A stretch of 64,000 nt of DNA from Sarea resinae. Its lineage: Eukaryota. The DNA is taken from assembly GCA_026026165.1 (NCBI GenBank), contig JAPEUD010000102.1, positions 1 to 64,000 of the forward strand. Direction: 5' to 3'. The notes under the pieces are model-generated. The model worked only from the letters and a program-made list of their open reading frames with translations, was not told the origin of the DNA and made no database searches. A program made the position numbers and the translations under genes. This document shows, in pieces, positions 38,341 through 49,419 of this stretch (position 1 is the stretch's first letter; the number at the start of each line of letters is the position of its first letter).

Positions 38341-39945
38341 CTAGCTCGACGAGGCCATCCGACTCGACACACGCATGCGCTTTCCAAACTGCCAGATCAA
38401 AAGGGGTGACGGGATCCCGATACACACGGCCACCAGCGCCAAGACGGTGCTGCCCCAGCCGTAGCCGAGTTTATCATACATATAAGGCGCGAAGAGCGGG
38501 AATCCGGTGCCGGGCAGATTGCGGATCAGCGTGACGGCGGCAATGGCGCTGGCGGCGTAGAGCGGGTAGCAGTCAACGATGTAGTTGTTGACGCTCTGCA
38601 TGATCATGATGACGCCGGCTGAGAAGATGAAGGACCCGATGTTCGGCATGATCCAGTGCAGCCGCGCCTGCGCGCTCCATCCGTACCAGAACAGTCCCGT
38701 CGGCACCAGCAGCGACGCGAGCGCCAGCATCGGCACGCGGAACTCGGGCTCGCCTTTGCCGCCGTTGCGTCGCTTGAGCCGCGTGTAGATGCGGTCGACG
38801 AGCATGCCGCAAAGGAAAGAACCGGCTAGATAGCCTAGCCCCAGAGAGACGTAGTTCAACGAGCCGATTCCGGTCGATTCGTGGTATCGCCCTGTCCAGA
38901 GCGTGGGGAAGGTGGAGTAGGTGAGATACATTAAGCCGTAGACATAGGCGAGATAAATTGCCAGGACCTGCACGATGGGCTGTGTGGCCAGAAGGCGGAG
39001 AGCCCGCAGTAGGTTCCTCCGAAGGAGGGCGCTAAACCCCTCCCTTCCGTCGCGGTCGAAAGGTGTACGGAGCCTAGTATTGCCGGTGGATTTGGCAAGC
39101 TGTCTTCGCCGTTTGTCCAGCAGTATGGGTGGGTAGGTCTCACGGAGAAAGACGGCGGCAAGGAACTGCAAGACCAGGTCGGCGATGGAAACAAAATAGA
39201 AGACCCAGCGCCATGACATGGATTGCGTGATAAACGCCCCGGCTATGGGACCCGTGGACGGCCCAAGCAAGGGAAAGATATTATAGATCGCAACCGCCAC
39301 GCCACGCTCCTCGGCACGGTAGCAGTCGCTGATGATGCCGGAGCCAACCTGCATTTTGTTATTACAACGTCATATCTATCAATTGGATGCGGTGTGACTT
39401 ACCACCAAAGGCGCGCTCCCACCAAATCCACCTAGGAATCGGAACGCTAACATCTCGCTCTTATTGCGTGCGAAGCCGGCCGCGGTGTTGAAGACGAGGT
39501 AGAAGAGGTTTCCCAATCGCAGCACAGGTGCTCGGCCGTACATCTCACTCAAAGGCCCGATCAAAAGAGGCCCGATGCCCATTCCAAGGATGAAGATGGA
39601 AAGAATCAGCTGCGACTCGATGGGTTTGTTGATATGAAGATCCTTTGCAATCTCATCGAGAGCTGGCGCTATCATGGACGATGTGGCGGGTGTGATGAAT
39701 CCGATCGCGCTGACCAGCACTGTCACCGTCAATTTGCGACCGCTCGACCAGTTTTTGGGGTACTCTGCGTCGTCTTCGGCAAAGTCGACGAGGTCTGGGT
39801 CGGTGCCAGCAATGGAGGGGGAAGATGTCGAGCTCTCTCCCAGCGGCGTCTCCGACTTCTCGGCTTCTTCCTTGACGGCCTCTTCGAGCAGCTTTGGTGG
39901 TGGTGATGTGGACTCCATCTCGAAGGGACGATTTCTTGAATCCAT
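38341..39945 (-). CDS. MFS multidrug efflux transporter, DHA1 family
   Basis: DDAEYPKNWS, GPLSEMYGRAPV, FRFLGGFGGSAPL|VGSGIISD, WRWVF, LRETYPP, PEFRVP, YAASAIAA, LGYGWG; one intron ~39352-39400. Confidence 0.92.
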
Positions 39946-41050
39946 GGATGATTCAGACAAGGTCGGGAGATTGTTTGCAAACCTATGTATTACGCACGCA
40001 CATACTCGTAGGACATTGTGCGGGCGTCAAGACCGCAGCGACGAATCCGAAAGATCAGTCGTCAAAGGCTCAACCACATGGCCGAGAATTGACCGATTGA
40101 TCAATCTCCCCTTGTTGGAGGCAGACTGGGCGGAAAGCGGGGGCGGCGCAGAAAATGGGGTTGCAGCAAGCTGGAGGCGAAGAATGAAATGAGGACGGCT
40201 GACGGGAATGCCAAGCTCGATGGCGACATCTGGTGAGAGTTGCGGCGAAGCTGGCGAAGCTGGCCAAGCTGGCCAAGCTGGCCAAGCTGGCAATCCCGAC
40301 AACCCGGACAAAGCCAGACAAGGCCAATCGAATTGATGATGCATGGGCCGTGCTCAAGTCAATCGCAGTACATAGTAGGAAGGCTGTACTGCCATAGCAG
40401 TTGCCATAGCAGGTGGGGTGGAAATTGGGGAGCACGACGAATACGAAAAGGATCGATCATGGATGGATGCACGCGCCGTCAAGGGTTGATCTCCAGATAC
40501 GATCAAGCATTCCCGGAAGGATCAAGGATAACGTGCATGATAGATCCTCCAGCTCTTTGTTCCCGTCAGGTACCCTCAGGTACCCTCAGGTACCTACCTC
40601 AAGTCGAGGAAGGATAAGGTACTCTACCTAAGGTAGGTACCTACTCGGTACCTGAGGGCTCCAAGTGTCGGACAACAAGCCCAAAGGGTAGCGGTCCCTC
40701 AAGGACTTGCCTGTCACTCGTCTACCGGCCATGTTGTATTCCGACACCAAGTAAGAGCTAAGAGGTACTAAGAGTACCAAGTACCTTACCTTAGTACCTA
40801 GGTAGCTTCCGCGTCTAAAGTAGGGTACTAGGTAGGGTGCTCGGGCTACCTAAGATGATGTACGCGGTACGATTGAATACAGCGGCACCCGACCTCCTTA
40901 GGAGGTTGATGCCAACGTAGTACGAAGTATCTTACTGGCGGGGTAAACCCAATGGACGGAAAGGCAGAATAGATGGATTTGGCTGTTGAGACATCTACTC
41001 AAGTAGCTACGGCATCGCCCCCCAAGAGAGGGTGTAGCTTGCCTGCAAAC

Positions 41051-42690
41051 TTATACATCTGTAGCGGGCACATCATCATGCCCAAGCTGGCTCGAGGTCC
41101 ACAGCGGCTCTGGTTCGACGAAGCTTGGATCGCCCACACCGAGAAAGCCCCCCTCTCGAGCCCAGTCGCTGGTCGTCCGGATCTCGAGCGTCTGCCACAC
41201 GTCCACCAATGCCTGTACCAGCTCGGTTTGCAGCTCGCTGTCGTGTCCCGGTGTGGGCGTGACGCGAAGTCTCTCCTGGCCAAAGGGAACAGTAGGGTAG
41301 TTGATCGCCTGAACGTAGATCGACCATCGGGCAAGCAGGAGGTCACTTGCCTTCTTGGCTAGCTCGGCGTCTCCAACGAGAAGAGGCAAGATGTGAGACG
41401 GATTGGGTATGATAGGGATATCCGCCTCCACCAACCTTGCCCGAAGTTGTCGCGTGTGTAGCTGTTGTAAGCGGCGATCTCCCATGTAACCCATCTGATA
41501 CTCAATCGCCGCCTGAGCGCCGGCCATATTCGCAGGTGGCAGCGATGTGGTAAAAATGAATCCAGGGGCGTAAGATCGGATAGTATCAACCAAATCGGCG
41601 TGCCCTGCAATATAGCCACCGACGCCTCCATAAGCCTTTCCAAGAGTCCCTGAGATAATATCGATCCGATCCATGACAGTCCCTTTGATTTGGTGGTTTT
41701 TGTGAGCATCAAAGTCCAAGTGCTCGGCGACGCCACCGCCGTGCGGTCCATACATGCCTACAGCATGAACCTCATCCAGAAATGTAATAGCACCATATCG
41801 TTCTGCCAAATCGCATATTTGTTCGATCGGAGCAACACTCCCGCTCATAGAATAGATAGATTCAAAAGCAACAATCTTTGGATCGGCAGGTGGGAGCGAT
41901 GCTAATTTGGCCTCAAGGTCATTGACGTCGTTGTGGGCAAAGATTATCTTTCTAACCCCAGAGTGTCTGATACCCTGGATCATCGAAGCGTGGTTCATAC
42001 TATCTGAGAGAATAGTGCAATTAGGAAGCTTAGAACCAAGGGTAGCCAGCGTAGCATCGTTTGCTACGTAGCAGGAGGAGAAAACCAAAGCAGCCTCCTT
42101 TCCGTGGAGCTTTGCACAGGTTGACTCGAGATCAAGCGCATGCTGGTTATGACCGGAAATGTTGCGGGTTCCACCAGCACCCGCTCCATAAGTCTGAAGA
42201 GTTTGGACCATTTTTTCGAGGACGCGCGGGTCCCGGCTCATGCCCAGATAGTCGTTAGAGCACCATACCGTGACACGGTCTTCACGATTGAATGAGTGGG
42301 CACGAGGGAATTCGGCCGCGAGACGATTGATGTTGTTGAACCGCCGATATGATTTGTCCTTTTTTTTGGCTTCCAAGTTTGACCAGTAAAAGTTGGCGTA
42401 GTCGAACTTGTTGCTTCGGGTGATCCCAAAGTCCTTAACTGCTTGCGTTGCTGAGGCTTCGAATATTGGTTCACTGGTTAAGCCTGCACTCCGTCAACAA
42501 CAGCCACAAACATATAAGTACAGAACTTACTAGCTCTTGCTTGAGCCCCATCGTTCAGATTGCGAGCTCCGGCTCCCTTTCTAGACGCAAATGCGGACAG
42601 TGTTTCGCCATGCCGCATTGAACATAAGCCATAGCCAACGCATTTGGATCGCAGCTTATTCGTGGAGGGAGAGGAGGCGATCCTGAACAT
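41051..42690 (-). CDS. HEM1: 5-aminolevulinate synthase (HEM1/hemA homologue, likely a second copy), ~530 aa
   Basis: Exon 42690-42531, intron 42530-42484, exon 42483-41051. Motifs: [67 protein letters not shown] (PLP Lys), [17 protein letters not shown]. Confidence 0.95.
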
Positions 42691-43984
42691 CTTGGTGGAA
42701 GGAGATAATTCGTATATGATAGTAGTGCTTCCCTCTAAGGTTCATGGCCAAATATGGGCTGCCGGAGTCTATCGAACATGGTCTAATATATGACCTCAGG
42801 ACTGGGGCTTCGATGGAAGCCCAGCGACTCAATCGAGGTCAGCGGATTCAGTCCCTTGTCTCTTCTCCGTGGCTTACCTAGACATATTATTGCGCTTCAC
42901 TAAAGGATATTGGTTGGAGATGACGGAAGAACTTTCAGGATTGAGACCTCGTAGATGAATATGCACACCGTAGTCCGAAATTAGGTCGCATCAGTGTCCT
43001 GAATACATCCCCTATACCCCATCCACAGGCCCGACTAATGTGCTCCGGCCAGTAAGTCTAAGGCGCTCACCTTCTACTTCCTCTCGTTCGTACTGATGTC
43101 TATGGAGCATGATCAATTTGGCGACATTTCCGTGGTGCATGAAGCGCCGTGCGCACGGGCCTTCCTGACCCGACGGCTGCACTTGCAGAACGGCCCTGCG
43201 GCTGGGCTCGCCTTGCAGATTACTGCGCAGTAGCTGTAGTGGACGGACGGAAGGCCCCGTATTGGGGGTGTTGGGGTTCAGCTCTGATCAGCCCCAATAG
43301 GTACTACATGGTATTCTGGACGGGAGAGCGGGAGGACGGGAACGGGCGCTCATCGAACACGCATCTAGATACTCCGAGCGCTTCGTGGGCAATCGCGGAA
43401 TACGCTCTCCAGCGCTCAAAAGCAGCAGGTAACACAAGTTCATCGCTTTAGGAAACCCGAACCCGTCCCAGGGCGCCAGGTAGGCGGTCCTCCCTCTCGG
43501 TGAACATGCATGTTCCTGTTCGTGATGCCTGATGCAAGGCCTGATGCAAGACCTGTGGAAGATTACAACAAGTCAGGGATTGCGCGTAATGCGGAGGCTG
43601 CTGATGATTACGCCGGCGGGACCAAGATGGTGACATTCTATCGTGCTTCAGCAGAAGAATGGTTGTTTGGGCGGTCAGAGATCGCCAGTGTTCATGCACT
43701 TCGCCGGTGTAAGTCTCCACGTGCCTACCTATCAATTGAACAGGGCTGATCTATGACTGCATGAAAAATCGACTGTGGCTTTTTGTTTGCAGACAAGAAG
43801 ATGCGATCCATAGAAATTCTCAGGCCAATTTCGATCAATAGTCCGATTTTCATGATTCTCTGGCACTCCCGACGGCTATCTTCATATCTTTCATATCTAT
43901 GCCATTTACTCTCGTCTTCCCAGTCCGTATTTACCACAAGGCCTCCATCAAACCCTACCCCAAAACAAAAGTTAGTGAGCAAAA

Positions 43985-45092
43985 ATGCCCGCCTCTCAGA
44001 TTGTTGGCTGCCGCAACCTGAATGCTGGCGTGGACTCATTATCAGATCTCATTCCGGGCTGCTTGCATTCCGGCTTTGGACATCCCCTAACGCGTTCCTG
44101 GCAGAGTGAACGTCAAATTTTGAAAGTAAGTGTGTCGAAATTACGCTGAATATGAATAGCAGATTATTAAGAGTAAGCAACAGTCTTCATTCATCTACCC
44201 AGTCTTCGTGTCCGACATCGACGACGAAGAAGTTTCCATCCCGCTCCTGCCTGACATCCCGCGACTTGGCATACTAAAGCTTGCTCCGCATCTTCAAAAG
44301 CTCGTCGAGATTGGCTTACGATCGGTGATCATCTTCGGTGTACTTAACGATCAAACAGCCAAAGACAGCTACGGGACAGCAGCAGATGACCCAAACGGAC
44401 CGGTTATCAAAGCGATTCGGACTATCCGCCAGCAATTCCCAGAGCTTTACGTCGTGGCCGACGTGTGCCTCTGCGAGTATTCCGATCATGGCCACTGTGG
44501 AATCCTTAACGAAGACGGGAGTATCAACAACCAAGCCTCCGTTGAGCGAATCTCAGATATCGCCATTGCATATGCCCGGGAAGGGTTGCATTGCCTAGCA
44601 CCCTCGGACATGAATGATGGCCGAATTCGAGCTATTAAGCTGAAGCTTCTTGAGGCAGGCATAGCCCACCAAATAACACTGATGGCTTATTCAGCCAAGT
44701 TCAGCAGCTGCCTCTACGGACCCTTTCGGGTGGCAGCAGGCTCGACTCCTTCATTTGGAGACCGTAAAGCCTACCAGCTTCCAAACGAGGGGCGTGGCTT
44801 GGCTCGTCGGGCTCTGGCAAGAGATATCCGAGAAGGCGCCGATATCATCATGGTGAAGCCGGCAGGAAGTTGTCTTGACATTGTGAGAAGTGCCAAGGAG
44901 ATTGGACAGGACCTTCCTGTGGCTGCGTATCAGGTCAGTGGAGAGTACGCGATGATTCATGCTGGAGCTGAAGCGGGCATTTTTGATCTGAAGGCTTCGG
45001 CTTTCGAGTCTATTGAAGCAATTTTGAGAGCTGGCGCGACAATCGTTATTAGCTACTTTACGCCAAACTTTTTGCGCTGGTTGGACGAGTGA
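43985..45092 (+). CDS. HEM2: Delta-aminolevulinate dehydratase / porphobilinogen synthase (Zn-dependent), ~349 aa
   Basis: Exon 43985-44125 (LHSGFGHPLTRSWQSERQ), intron 44126-44183, exon 44184-45092. Motifs: DVCLCEYSDHGHCG, APSDMNDGR, YSAKF..YGPFR, GDRKAYQLP, MVKP, AYQVSGEYAM. Confidence 0.95.
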
Positions 45093-46934
45093 TCGAGATG
45101 GGTTTCCTTCAGGATTCTTGTTTCTCTTTACTAGCCCGCCGAATTTCTAGAATCAAACTACGATGATCGAATTAAATTTCAATGCTCGAATCAAATTTCA
45201 GTGATCGAATCGAACGCTCTACATATACAGATATCTGAGCTTACAAACTCACAGACTGAGCCCGATGATGAGCGATTATATCAATAGTACACAGTAGTCT
45301 CTCTTCTACTCTTCCAACATTGGGTGCGTTTTCCTTAAGGTCCACGTTGCAGCTCGCAACGCTGGACCGCGGAAGGCCAGATCATCGACGCCAGGTAATT
45401 GGCGTAAACTTGGACATAAGCATCTACAACATGATGATTACGATGACGAACTACATCGAATGAGATTTTTTTCGGTCCCACCTAGATGGACTATCTAGAA
45501 ATCATCGCCGGTCGAAACGTCCTTTCACCAGCGGCTTTACGGTATACTATGAAGCCTAGGTAATTGAAAAAGGCGAATCGCATGCACTTGCCTTCTCAAT
45601 CCCGCTTCTTAACCCCCCCGCCCATCCCGTCAATCTCGACATTCAGCTCGATCAAGGCGCAATACGAGTTCTCTGATCTCCACTGCATGTCAGCTGTATT
45701 GCCACATGACAACATGAGATCACTTGAGGCAAATCAGAAAGGGTTTACCTCTCCTACCACCATGTCGGCTTGTCATTCTGGACCAAAGGATTCGGCGCCA
45801 CTGAGACAAAGCGGGAATGCTACAATTCTTCCACTGCCACGTCGTGATTCTAAACAGCACGACTGAGGCAAAGCACCAAGCTCATTATTCTCGTCAGCCG
45901 GCAGAGAGAGGTCTCTTCTAATGGAGGAATCGTCCACATAAAATCAACCTTAAAGCGGCACGAGGCCTTGTTTACGTGCGGCCCCCATGATAGTTGGTGG
46001 CGCGGAGATGTGTGCCTGCATGTTCGGGATATTCAGGACTCAGGGTCGAGGCGGGACTAACCGCAGACCAGCCGCCGCAACCCTTGCAATTCGATACCTG
46101 TCGGGAAACTGCTCCGTTCGGCGTGCGAGGATTACCTAGGTATTGCCAGTGGTGCTTCGATGCCTGGGAAGAGATTGGGAAGAAAGATCATGCGGGTGCC
46201 TTGGATCGGCGTCGGCGCAGCCTGGCCTTCATGTAAGACGGGGAGCTTTTCCGTCTACTCGGATGAGAGACGTTCCATCCAGGCCCCATCCAGACCGTAG
46301 ACCCCGGAAGGTTGGTCGATTATGATAATCCTCTTCCCTAAACCGAAGGTACGTTACTGAGATGTCGACGCGTGGGAATCGTCGGTTTGGTTCTCGGTCC
46401 ACACCCAGCATCTTCTAGGCAAGTCAGGAACAACATGATACGACATGCGCAGCTGGCAAGGTGAGGAGCTCTGCAACCTCAAGCAACTTGCCCAGAGATG
46501 ACGTTGCTGTAGCTGCTGCCGCTGCAAGGCGGATGGATTAGGGCCCGATAAGCTGCAGGACCCTGCAAGCCTCTCAATGCCCTCGATCTCCCCACCCCCC
46601 TCCACATCCGCCTCTGCAGCAGTACAACGCCATCGGCCGAGATACATGTCAGTTACAACTGGTACACGACAAGGATCGTTTGCTTCAAACGCAAGTCAGA
46701 GTCCTTCCGGCCGCCCAAGCATTCAAACAGCACCTCAGAGAGTGGAGGCCGTATAAGATGATGAAAGCAGCCGGCGCCCGAGGCGCCTCGTTCTTTGCTG
46801 AGCGTCCAGTCCCTCTGCGTTGTCTACTCGAAATACTTGCTTCCTCGAAGACCAGTCTACGACTGACCTTGTAGCTTTACATATTGCCTGTATATGGTTC
46901 ACGGCACTGCAAACCCTACAAATTGGGATTCATC

Positions 46935-49052
46935 ATGGCCGAGAGCCTAGGGCCCGAAGAGGGCACTACCTTACCTAATTCCTCCGTGGCCTACTTTGAG
47001 ATTGCTTACCCAAACTCGGGAGGTAAGTATCTATCTAGGTCGGACAACCAGCATGACGTTAACGGAGGAAACATAACAGAATATCTTGCCATCGTCAATT
47101 GGGCATGGAGCAGTCCTCCTAATTCTGAAGCTCGAACGCTGTTCCGATGTGTTGATATTGTTATCACCATGGCTCAGATCGCACCCTCCGACCAATGCGG
47201 AAAATCCGCTGGAATCAAGTGCCCTGCTATTCTGTACTCACTAGACCTTAGCAGCGGTCGCAGACGGAGATTGGACTATGGAGATGATACCAACCCTCTG
47301 GCCTGGCATTTCATGTTCGAAATTCCAGGTGGGCCGTATGGCCAGCTCCATCAATATGCAATGAAGTTGCTATTGCCAACGTCCAGTGGCTATATGTCAC
47401 GAGCGGATTTCCTTGAACGCCGGATGTTTGACAGTCAATTTGCCGCGCGTGTGGCGGGATTCTCGAAGCCCAGACAGTATTTCAAATCTCTTGATCTGAA
47501 GACTGGACTAGAAGTCTTTTTGAAAGCAATTTCCTCATCCGTCGGAGGGATACTGTTGGACCGTAAGTGGAGTCGATCAATCATCTCGTCTCTGCAAGCC
47601 TTGGAGTCCGAGCTCTTCAATAGAATATCTGGCCCATTCCTCGTGAAGGAGCCGATCACCAGAAAGATGCTCGCTCTGGTTGATGGTCGCCGCAGCTTCA
47701 CCGTCTCGGCAGCCGCAGAAGGCATATTTCGAGCAGCTCAAGCGCTTGATATTGGGCTGGTGGTACTTGACAAGCCTGGCCACTGGCTCCAATCTTCAGA
47801 CAATGCATATCTCCGCGATGTCTTCTTGCCAACCGATATTACGGTGGATGAGGACCTCCCACAACGTATCGTGCAGAGCATTCGCGATTATGGCGGGGTA
47901 ATCGATGGTATCACTACCTTCTCTGATCGATATCTTTACTCTACCGCTCGAGCAGCGGAAATCCTAGGCCTTCCAAGTTCGCCGTCCACAGCCTTTGCGA
48001 CTTGCACCGACAAGTATGAGACACGCAAGTTAGACCCCGACACGTGCCAGTTCTTCCGTATCAAGGGACTTAAAGATTTGGAAGCGCTTGCGGAGGACAG
48101 TACAACGGAACTACGCTTCCCTATGATTGTGAAACCGTGCAGTGGGACATCTTCAGAAGGGGTCTTCAAGGTCAATGACTATTCAGAGCTTTGCCTCGCC
48201 GTGGTGAACTTGACTTCCTCGGCAAAGATAACGGATAAGTATGGGTATGACGTGGTATTAGAGAGTTTTATAAGTGGCCCCGAAGTCGACGTCAATTTTG
48301 TTTTGGCAGACGGTGAGATTATCTTCTCCGAAATAAGTGACGACTTTCCCAGTCCAGGAGATTCAGAATCTGCCACCATGTCCGAAACTTTCGTCGATGT
48401 AGCCAACGTCATCCCATCGGCTCTACCAGCACAAGAACTCGACCTTCTCCAGTCAAAGGCCCACAGTATTTTGCGCCGTCTGGGGTTTGCCAATGGGGTT
48501 TTCCATGTGGAAGCCCGGGTCCGTAACTCAGCAATGAATTACATTGGGGCTGACGGCAGCATAGACCTCCATACAGAGACAGCGCACAACAGCAGCAACG
48601 GTACACCAACCGTCTTCTTGGTGGAAATTAATGCCCGCATGCCTGGGAACCAGGAAACAACCGCGATCGAGCGAGCCTACGGCATCGACTACTACCCAAT
48701 ATACATGCTTTCGGCAATGGGTGAAACGGATCGACTAAAAAAGATGGCAGCGCCATTTCGGAACGGTCCGCAATACTGGTGTCAAGTACTCCGCTTCCAT
48801 GGATTTCATGGAGGCACATGGAACTCGGACGATGCGTGCAAGGACTTGATCTCGCGCCGGCCAGAACTCCAAGAGAACATTTCTCATCATCGATGCCTGT
48901 TCAAAAGGGGTCAGGTGGTACCAGCCCCTACTATCAACGTTGTCGTCTTTGTCGCCTACTTCGTCCTATTCTCTCGAAGGAGCCGAGATCATCTTCTCCA
49001 GGTGGCAGAGGCTGTCCGGAGAGATTTTCATTATGACGTGATATCTTATTGA
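46935..49052 (+). CDS. Fungal ATP-grasp ligase (FsqD-like secondary-metabolism type)
   Basis: VVLDKPGHWLQ, IDGITTFSD, CTDKYETR, FPMIVKPCSGTSSEGVFKV, ESFISGPEVDVN, EISDDFPSPGD, GVFHVEAR, LVEINARMPG; possible in-frame intron 47023-47079. Confidence 0.85.
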   Translation: MAESLGPEEGTTLPNSSVAYFEIAYPNSGGKYLSRSDNQHDVNGGNITEYLAIVNWAWSSPPNSEARTLFRCVDIVITMAQIAPSDQCGKSAGIKCPAILYSLDLSSGRRRRLDYGDDTNPLAWHFMFEIPGGPYGQLHQYAMKLLLPTSSGYMSRADFLERRMFDSQFAARVAGFSKPRQYFKSLDLKTGLEVFLKAISSSVGGILLDRKWSRSIISSLQALESELFNRISGPFLVKEPITRKMLALVDGRRSFTVSAAAEGIFRAAQALDIGLVVLDKPGHWLQSSDNAYLRDVFLPTDITVDEDLPQRIVQSIRDYGGVIDGITTFSDRYLYSTARAAEILGLPSSPSTAFATCTDKYETRKLDPDTCQFFRIKGLKDLEALAEDSTTELRFPMIVKPCSGTSSEGVFKVNDYSELCLAVVNLTSSAKITDKYGYDVVLESFISGPEVDVNFVLADGEIIFSEISDDFPSPGDSESATMSETFVDVANVIPSALPAQELDLLQSKAHSILRRLGFANGVFHVEARVRNSAMNYIGADGSIDLHTETAHNSSNGTPTVFLVEINARMPGNQETTAIERAYGIDYYPIYMLSAMGETDRLKKMAAPFRNGPQYWCQVLRFHGFHGGTWNSDDACKDLISRRPELQENISHHRCLFKRGQVVPAPTINVVVFVAYFVLFSRRSRDHLLQVAEAVRRDFHYDVISY

Positions 49053-49419
49053 TTTCAAGACAGGGTTGCTAGTGCACAAATATTTGCGTCTTGACATAGC
49101 GGACATGCTGTCCATGATATTGTGTTTTTCATACCTACTTGCTATCCATCTACATACCTATTGAAATCCATATCTAAACTTCAACCAAAACTTCGGCTGC
49201 TTAAAGGCCGATCTTGGCCGTAGAGCGAGAGACCTTTGCCTTTGACATTACGGCTGCAAACCTTTTGCTGTATCGAGAGATTGATCAAGAAATTGATTTG
49301 CTAGCCCAGTCATTCGTTTTTCAGCATGGCTCTGTTAAAAGCCCGTGGAACTACTGATTGACGATCATGTCTATTCAAAGCCGGAGATCTCGGTGAAAGG
49401 GAAGCTGAACGGCCGGTGC

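Noticed and set aside
42691..43984. Short ORFs and CCAAT/GATA motifs in the HEM1-HEM2 divergent region as extra genes or iron/heme regulatory sites
   Set aside because: The ORFs lack recognisable features and the motifs are too short to exceed chance.
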